Below, piece by piece: positions 25,793 through 30,599 of a stretch of 30,599 bases of DNA. The stretch is taken from NCBI GenBank assembly GCA_040004655.1, contig JBDUAM010000021.1:1-30599 (forward strand), given 5' to 3'. The notes under the pieces were generated by a model, which was not told where the DNA came from, did not search any database, and worked only from the letters and a program-made list of their open reading frames with translations. Source of the stretch: Chthonomonadales bacterium. GTDB lineage: Bacteria > Armatimonadota > Chthonomonadetes > Chthonomonadales > CAJBBX01. The position numbers and the translations under genes were made by a program. How positions within the stretch are numbered: the first letter of the stretch is position 1; every line of letters starts with the position of its first letter.

Positions 25793-26746
25793 TCAGCGGC
25801 TCAATTTATTCGCCAACGACTTCAACCCGACCTCCGCAACAGCCGAATCTTTGGCCCCAAAGATCACGCCCAATTGACTACCTGAAACTACCGCGCCGGT
25901 CCCATGTTGCTTCTCCGACGTTGCGACGAATCGACTTGCCGACCCACCCGGTGCAATCGCCGACTTAACCGTTTGCAGATACGCTCGATAGTCATTCAGG
26001 GCCTTGCTCGCCCGAACTGGAGTTGCATATTTTGCAACAAACATAGTCACCGATTTGCCGGGCAGACTATAATCCGCCCCGACGATCTGTGGATGATCGC
26101 CTAGCCCGAAGATGTCTTTCGGAAGGAACATGACGGTTGCATCAAAGGTGGCTTTGCCGCTTACGAGTCGAGGGGTGCCAACAATCTGTTTCTCTTTTGG
26201 AAGTCGGTCAAGCAGGGTAGGGGGAATACCTTTTGCTTTAATCTTCGCCGATACAGCCTTTGCGAATTGAATGAGTGTTGCATCGTCTGGTCGACCAATT
26301 TCCGGCTGGATGATCACCGTGTAGTGGTCCTTCCAGAACGTTAACGCACCGACCGACGAGTAGAGGTGCGCCGGATGGTCGAGGGGAATCTCGCGGTCTT
26401 TTGAACGGGGGCTTCGTTCCAGGAAGACGCGTGCGCTGAAGTAGCCGAAGGCATCGGCAGATTTGGACATATCAAACACCGCGACTTCCAGCGTAAGAGC
26501 GGTCGATTTCTGGTACTTTGCCGACCCGAGCTGCTTGAATGCGTAACTCTTCGGAATTTCTGCTGCGCCGTCCATGTAGTCAAAGAGCTGGTCGTTGTTG
26601 AAGAACTTTGGTCCTTCTTTCAACGTCCAGCCAGCTACTTCGTTTGTCTTTGGGAAGAGTCCGGCGGAATTGCCCTGACCACGAACAGCTTCACAAATAA
26701 TGCCTAGTCCAAGCAAAATCAGGCCAACCTGCGAGCAGCGCCTCAA
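25793..26746 (-). CDS. Secreted DUF6599-family protein
   Basis: Signal peptide; GWTLKEGPKFFNNDQLFDYMDGAAE and FDMSKSADAFGYFS patterns; TTGA overlap with the upstream gene. Confidence 0.75.
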   Translation of the reverse strand: MRRCSQVGLILLGLGIICEAVRGQGNSAGLFPKTNEVAGWTLKEGPKFFNNDQLFDYMDGAAEIPKSYAFKQLGSAKYQKSTALTLEVAVFDMSKSADAFGYFSARVFLERSPRSKDREIPLDHPAHLYSSVGALTFWKDHYTVIIQPEIGRPDDATLIQFAKAVSAKIKAKGIPPTLLDRLPKEKQIVGTPRLVSGKATFDATVMFLPKDIFGLGDHPQIVGADYSLPGKSVTMFVAKYATPVRASKALNDYRAYLQTVKSAIAPGGSASRFVATSEKQHGTGAVVSGSQLGVIFGAKDSAVAEVGLKSLANKLSR

Positions 26747-27702
26747 ATGGTAATTCTCCGCACATCAATCTTCGCGAGGTCGGAGACGCCTGCTTTGTAC
26801 TCCTTGTCGGCGCGCTCGATGTGATAGAGCGGATCCAGTCGACCAGACGGTTGCGCAACCTTCAAATAAATATCCAATGCCACACGATCTGCCGCGACCG
26901 GGTCGGTAGAGAAGACCAGAGAATTCGTATAGACCCATCCGTCCGGGTAGGCTGTAAACCCGCGCGACGAGCCCCCAACTCGAATCATGTCCACGATGTG
27001 CAGCTTGCGAGTCGATTTATATTCATTCGCTGCGACCCATCCGCATGCGCCCATGCTTCCGCCGGATTTGCCGTCCCACCGAGGGTCTTCTTTCGGCGTT
27101 TCGCCGTGGTAATTCCATGGTCCCTTTTTCGAGAAGCAGGCGTAGAGTTTCAAGCCGGCGCTGACCCCCGCGACATCGTGATGCTTCACGGTTGGGAGTA
27201 CGACAATCGAGTCATTCGTGAGGTCCGCAAAGCCGAATAGTTTGCCCGTGATGAGCTGCGGCATCTTGTCGCCCATGAGATCAGTGAGGGACTTTTTCCA
27301 TGCTGAGGACATTCGGTGGGTGCCGATATTCATCTTGTTCACACCGAGTTTCATCAGCGCCAGATAGACGGCGACATTGACTTCCGGAATGTTCTCCATC
27401 TGCCCGCCTGCAGTTGGCAGGGCCACGGTATCGGTCGCGCGAACGTAGGTCGCCCAGGCCTGCATCGGATCGGATTTGCCCGCGAGCGTGGTGACGCCTT
27501 TTTCCACCATCTGCTGGATCAGCGCCATCGGCACCGGCTTGCCCGGGCCGAGATCGGCCTTCGTGGTGACCACGATCACCTTTGACTTTGGAGCCTGTGC
27601 TTCCGCGGTTCCCGGCAGAATGATCGCTCCCGCTGCGGCCGCAGATCGTATGACGAAATCTCTTCGTGAAAGGTTGGCGTAGCGGTTCTGTTCGAAATCC
27701 AT
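26743..27702 (-). CDS. Tat-exported DUF362-family protein
   Basis: Tat motif SRRDFV; LPTVKHHDVAGVSAGLKLY and STDPVAADRVA resemble DUF362 blocks; GGGAGG RBS. Confidence 0.78.
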   Translation of the reverse strand: MDFEQNRYANLSRRDFVIRSAAAAGAIILPGTAEAQAPKSKVIVVTTKADLGPGKPVPMALIQQMVEKGVTTLAGKSDPMQAWATYVRATDTVALPTAGGQMENIPEVNVAVYLALMKLGVNKMNIGTHRMSSAWKKSLTDLMGDKMPQLITGKLFGFADLTNDSIVVLPTVKHHDVAGVSAGLKLYACFSKKGPWNYHGETPKEDPRWDGKSGGSMGACGWVAANEYKSTRKLHIVDMIRVGGSSRGFTAYPDGWVYTNSLVFSTDPVAADRVALDIYLKVAQPSGRLDPLYHIERADKEYKAGVSDLAKIDVRRITI

Positions 27703-27761
27703 TTGTTCGGTCCTCCCGGGCTGGGCGAATAGGCAGTTATTGGCAGAAGAGTTGTTTAGAG

Positions 27762-27790
27762 AGTGTACAGAAATTTTGAAGGGATTGCAA
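27762..27790 (-). promoter_or_regulatory. Sigma70 promoter of the DUF362-DUF6599 operon
   Basis: On the minus strand TTGCAA(27790-27785)-N17-TACACT(27767-27762). Confidence 0.6.
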
Positions 27791-27858
27791 GTGGCGTTTC
27801 AAACAAAGTCAGCTAGCTGACCAGAGAATTATGGTCAACCACCTAACTTACGAAAGGT

Positions 27859-30597
27859 CTATTTTGCGTCGACTGGAATTGGCTTGAGGTTGTTTTTCAC
27901 AAGCAGCTTGTTGAAATCTGCCAGGTCTGCAGCTTTCAATTTCTCCCAGTTTTTGAGTGCAGTCTTCATGTCTGTACCAACAGCCATACACGCCTTGCGC
28001 ATCGATTCCGTGGGGCCGATATCACCAGAATCGAGCATGTTGTTGCATCTAACGGCGGACCCATTAATTCCGCTGAAAGTTGGCGCGGCGGCGCCACCGC
28101 CACCGCCAAATCCGCCACCACCGCCGAACCTTCTGCCGCCTCCGCCTGTTCCGGTCATTGCAACCAGTTTTTCGGCAAGTGCGGTTCCGGACGTTTCGAC
28201 TTCAGACGGCACGGTTGTTTTGAGCAGTTCATCTACAGCCGTACGAATGGCGGAGACTTTCTTGAACATACTCATCGCCTCATTGGCAGCTGTGAGGACC
28301 GTCATTTGCAGCTCATTTTGATCTCGAAGGTCCTTTGCGGTAGCCGGTGAACGAGGATCATTGCGAACAGAAACAGTCTGCTTGTACTCCTTGCCGTCGA
28401 CCGTCATGGTCACCGTATAGACCCCGGGAATGGCAATCGGACCCTCTGGTGTTGCAGGCGTCTCGCCCGGATTGGCATTGATCTCGTAGCTGTGGCTGAA
28501 CGCCGCCGGATCGTCATATCGCAGATCCCAGTTTGTTCGGTTTAGCCCGATTTCCGTTGTCAACCGGAACAGGGGCGCGATCCAGAAATCCGGAACCGAA
28601 GGCGGCGGTTCCGCCAGCGGCGTTGGAGTTGCACTGGACATATGTCGAACGACTTTGCCTTTTGCGTCCTGTATTACGATGGATATATCCGCGCTCGGTT
28701 TGGTCGCGAGGTTGTAGTAGAGGATCGCGCCGACCGGTGGGTTGATTGCATGTGGGACTTCTGGTGGAAACGGTGTGGCATCATTCACGTTGCGTCGAAC
28801 CCGAGTGGCATCGCCGGGTTTAAATAGGAACGCCTGTTTTGATGCTGATTCGCTGGTCAACTGTCGCAGCGGCGAGATGCTGTCCAGAATCCAGAAGCCT
28901 CGTCCAAACGTCCCCGCCACCAGATCGTCGTCCTTAACAATCAGGTCTCGGTACGAGGTGTTCGGGAGATTGAGCGCGAGTGACTGCCAGTGCTCTCCAT
29001 CATCCAACGAGGCGTAGACAAAGGATTCTGTGCCTGCAAACAACAGTCCGGCTTTAACGGTGTCCGCCCGTACCACTCGTGCAAAGCTTCCGTTGACTTC
29101 ATTCGCAGGCAGCCCGGTCACGATTAACGACCAGGTCTTTCCAAAGTCCTTGGTCTTGTACAGATAAGGTTTATAATCCCCAAGGTTATGGCAATCAACT
29201 GCTACGTATGCCGAACTGATCTCGGTATGAGAAGCATCAATAGAGGCGATATTGCTTCGTAAACCATTGGGTAGATCAGCAATCGTGACGTCATCCCAGT
29301 TTTTTCCGTGATCTTGCGTCACGCGGATCTGCCCATTGCTCGTGCCGACCCACAGGACATCTCCATTGATAGTGGAGACAGAAATCGACTCGATGGCGCC
29401 TCCGCCGCCACCGCGCTGTTCTTCCGGAATTTCTTCCTCGTCACCGTCATCCGGGTCGGATCCATTTGCTCCGGCGTCAGTCACTACCTGATTGGTTGGT
29501 TTAGGTGGTGTCGCCGGAGTCGTCGGACGGGTTGCGGGTCGCCGCTCAGGAGTGGTTGCCGGTGGAGTGACAGGTGCTGCACCCTTTACGACCGTTAGGT
29601 CAGGGCTGATCTTGCGCCAACTCTTGGCGCCATCGGTGGATGCCAATAAAAATTGAAAGCCTGCCAGAAGTTCTTTCGGGTTCTTTGGGGAGAACATCAG
29701 GGGCTGGTTCAGCACCTTACGCAGACCAGAACGCGGGTCCAGGGTCGGTCCCACATCGATCCATTGTCCACTTGGATAGGTCGTTTTGATGACGCCGCCG
29801 GACGGACCCTGCGCATAACTGATTTTCGGATTAATCGGGTCAACTGCAATGGTCCCGAACTCGTACCCGGGATGGGGCAGCCAATCGAAGGGCGTGATCG
29901 CGCCATAGTTGCCTCGGCTTGCGCTGGCAACCGACCCGCTATCTTGCTGCGCGCCATACACCCAGTAAGGAAATTGATTATCGACGGAGATGTGATAGAC
30001 CTGAGCGGTCGACTGGTTGTACCACGAGCTCCAACTTAGTCCGCCGTCGAGGGAAATGGTTGCACCCTGATCCACGCCCATGAACATGCGTTTGCCGTTC
30101 ATCGGATCGATCCAGAGCTCCTGCGGGTCGTCGCCGCCCGGGGCGCCCTTAAATCCCGTGAAGGTAACGCCGCCGTCGGTCGACTTGTAACTACAGGTAC
30201 TGAGGACATAGACTACATCTGGATTGTGCGGGTCAACGTAGACTCCGCAGTTGTATCCGCCCTGACCATTGGCGATTCGTCGATCGTTGGTGGCCATCTT
30301 GCGCCAGTTATTGCCACCATCGTCTGATCGATAAAGTCCCAGGTTACTCACAAAGAACATCCGCTGTGAATTTGTGTACATGGCGATTGCCACGCTGGTT
30401 CGAGCGGTGATGGATGGGAGTCCTGTACCCGGCAACACGGTCCAGGTGACACCCTCATCGGAGGATTTGTAGACCTTCGCGCCTGTGGGTACCTGGTTGC
30501 CAGCGCCAAATGCACGCCCCTGCCCGGTTCGAACGGTAGATGCAATGATGACCTTGGGATTGTCGTACGCCCACGCGATCTTTTGTACGCCAGTGGA
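27859..30597 (-). CDS. BNR/Asp-box repeat beta-propeller (VPS10/sortilin-like glycosyl hydrolase family), 5' end outside window
   Basis: The frame stays open from 30438 to the window edge (adds ...YKSSDEGVTW). Eight Asp-boxes, e.g. YRSDDGGNNW, YKSTDGGVTF, YKTKDFGKTW, ASLDDGEHW; GTFGRGFWILD. Confidence 0.92.
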   Translation of the reverse strand, partial: STGVQKIAWAYDNPKVIIASTVRTGQGRAFGAGNQVPTGAKVYKSSDEGVTWTVLPGTGLPSITARTSVAIAMYTNSQRMFFVSNLGLYRSDDGGNNWRKMATNDRRIANGQGGYNCGVYVDPHNPDVVYVLSTCSYKSTDGGVTFTGFKGAPGGDDPQELWIDPMNGKRMFMGVDQGATISLDGGLSWSSWYNQSTAQVYHISVDNQFPYWVYGAQQDSGSVASASRGNYGAITPFDWLPHPGYEFGTIAVDPINPKISYAQGPSGGVIKTTYPSGQWIDVGPTLDPRSGLRKVLNQPLMFSPKNPKELLAGFQFLLASTDGAKSWRKISPDLTVVKGAAPVTPPATTPERRPATRPTTPATPPKPTNQVVTDAGANGSDPDDGDEEEIPEEQRGGGGGAIESISVSTINGDVLWVGTSNGQIRVTQDHGKNWDDVTIADLPNGLRSNIASIDASHTEISSAYVAVDCHNLGDYKPYLYKTKDFGKTWSLIVTGLPANEVNGSFARVVRADTVKAGLLFAGTESFVYASLDDGEHWQSLALNLPNTSYRDLIVKDDDLVAGTFGRGFWILDSISPLRQLTSESASKQAFLFKPGDATRVRRNVNDATPFPPEVPHAINPPVGAILYYNLATKPSADISIVIQDAKGKVVRHMSSATPTPLAEPPPSVPDFWIAPLFRLTTEIGLNRTNWDLRYDDPAAFSHSYEINANPGETPATPEGPIAIPGVYTVTMTVDGKEYKQTVSVRNDPRSPATAKDLRDQNELQMTVLTAANEAMSMFKKVSAIRTAVDELLKTTVPSEVETSGTALAEKLVAMTGTGGGGRRFGGGGGFGGGGGAAAPTFSGINGSAVRCNNMLDSGDIGPTESMRKACMAVGTDMKTALKNWEKLKAADLADFNKLLVKNNLKPIPVDAK

Positions 30598-30599
30598 AT

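Noticed and set aside
4076-29957. Many long antisense or alternate-frame ORFs (e.g. 4076-4894, 5528-6226, 7061-7996, 15731-16531, 22967-23560)
   Set aside because: They overlap well-supported genes, lack RBSs or recognisable motifs, and are expected shadows of GC-rich codon usage.
1-30599. CRISPR array, tRNA/rRNA, IS ends or integrase
   Set aside because: No regularly spaced short repeats, cloverleaf or rRNA motifs, or recombinase/transposase ORFs were seen by manual reading. tRNAscan, Infernal and ISEScan runs would be needed to exclude weak cases.

Overview
Bacterial chromosomal window with no rRNA, tRNA, CRISPR array, integrase or transposase recognisable. The gene content (DUF1549/DUF1553-DUF1501 pair, PEP-CTERM protein, HAF-repeat proteins, DUF362-DUF6599, Asp-box propeller) fits a PVC/Acidobacteriota/Armatimonadota-type organism, but this is inference only. 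Core-like genes: AAA+ ATPase, DUF1553-DUF1501, ahcY with a divergent SahR-type regulator, two esterases, DUF362-DUF6599, and a large BNR-repeat protein cut by the window end. Accessory material sits between them: two tandem HAF-repeat paralogues, three recognisable TA families plus one TA-like protease pair, and AT-rich hypothetical genes. The strongest unexplained structure is at 9.4-14.3 kb. The last 93 bp of ahcY plus a terminator occur twice (14189-14281 and 13312-13404, 87% identical, mostly synonymous changes). A DUF433-DUF5615 TA module also occurs twice (DUF433 genes 83% identical). Together these form two tandem units of the form promoter-TA-cargo-terminator-ahcY tail. In the distal unit the toxin is truncated and followed by about 3.4 kb of cargo: a BchE-like B12 radical SAM gene and three small acidic genes, one of them frameshifted.
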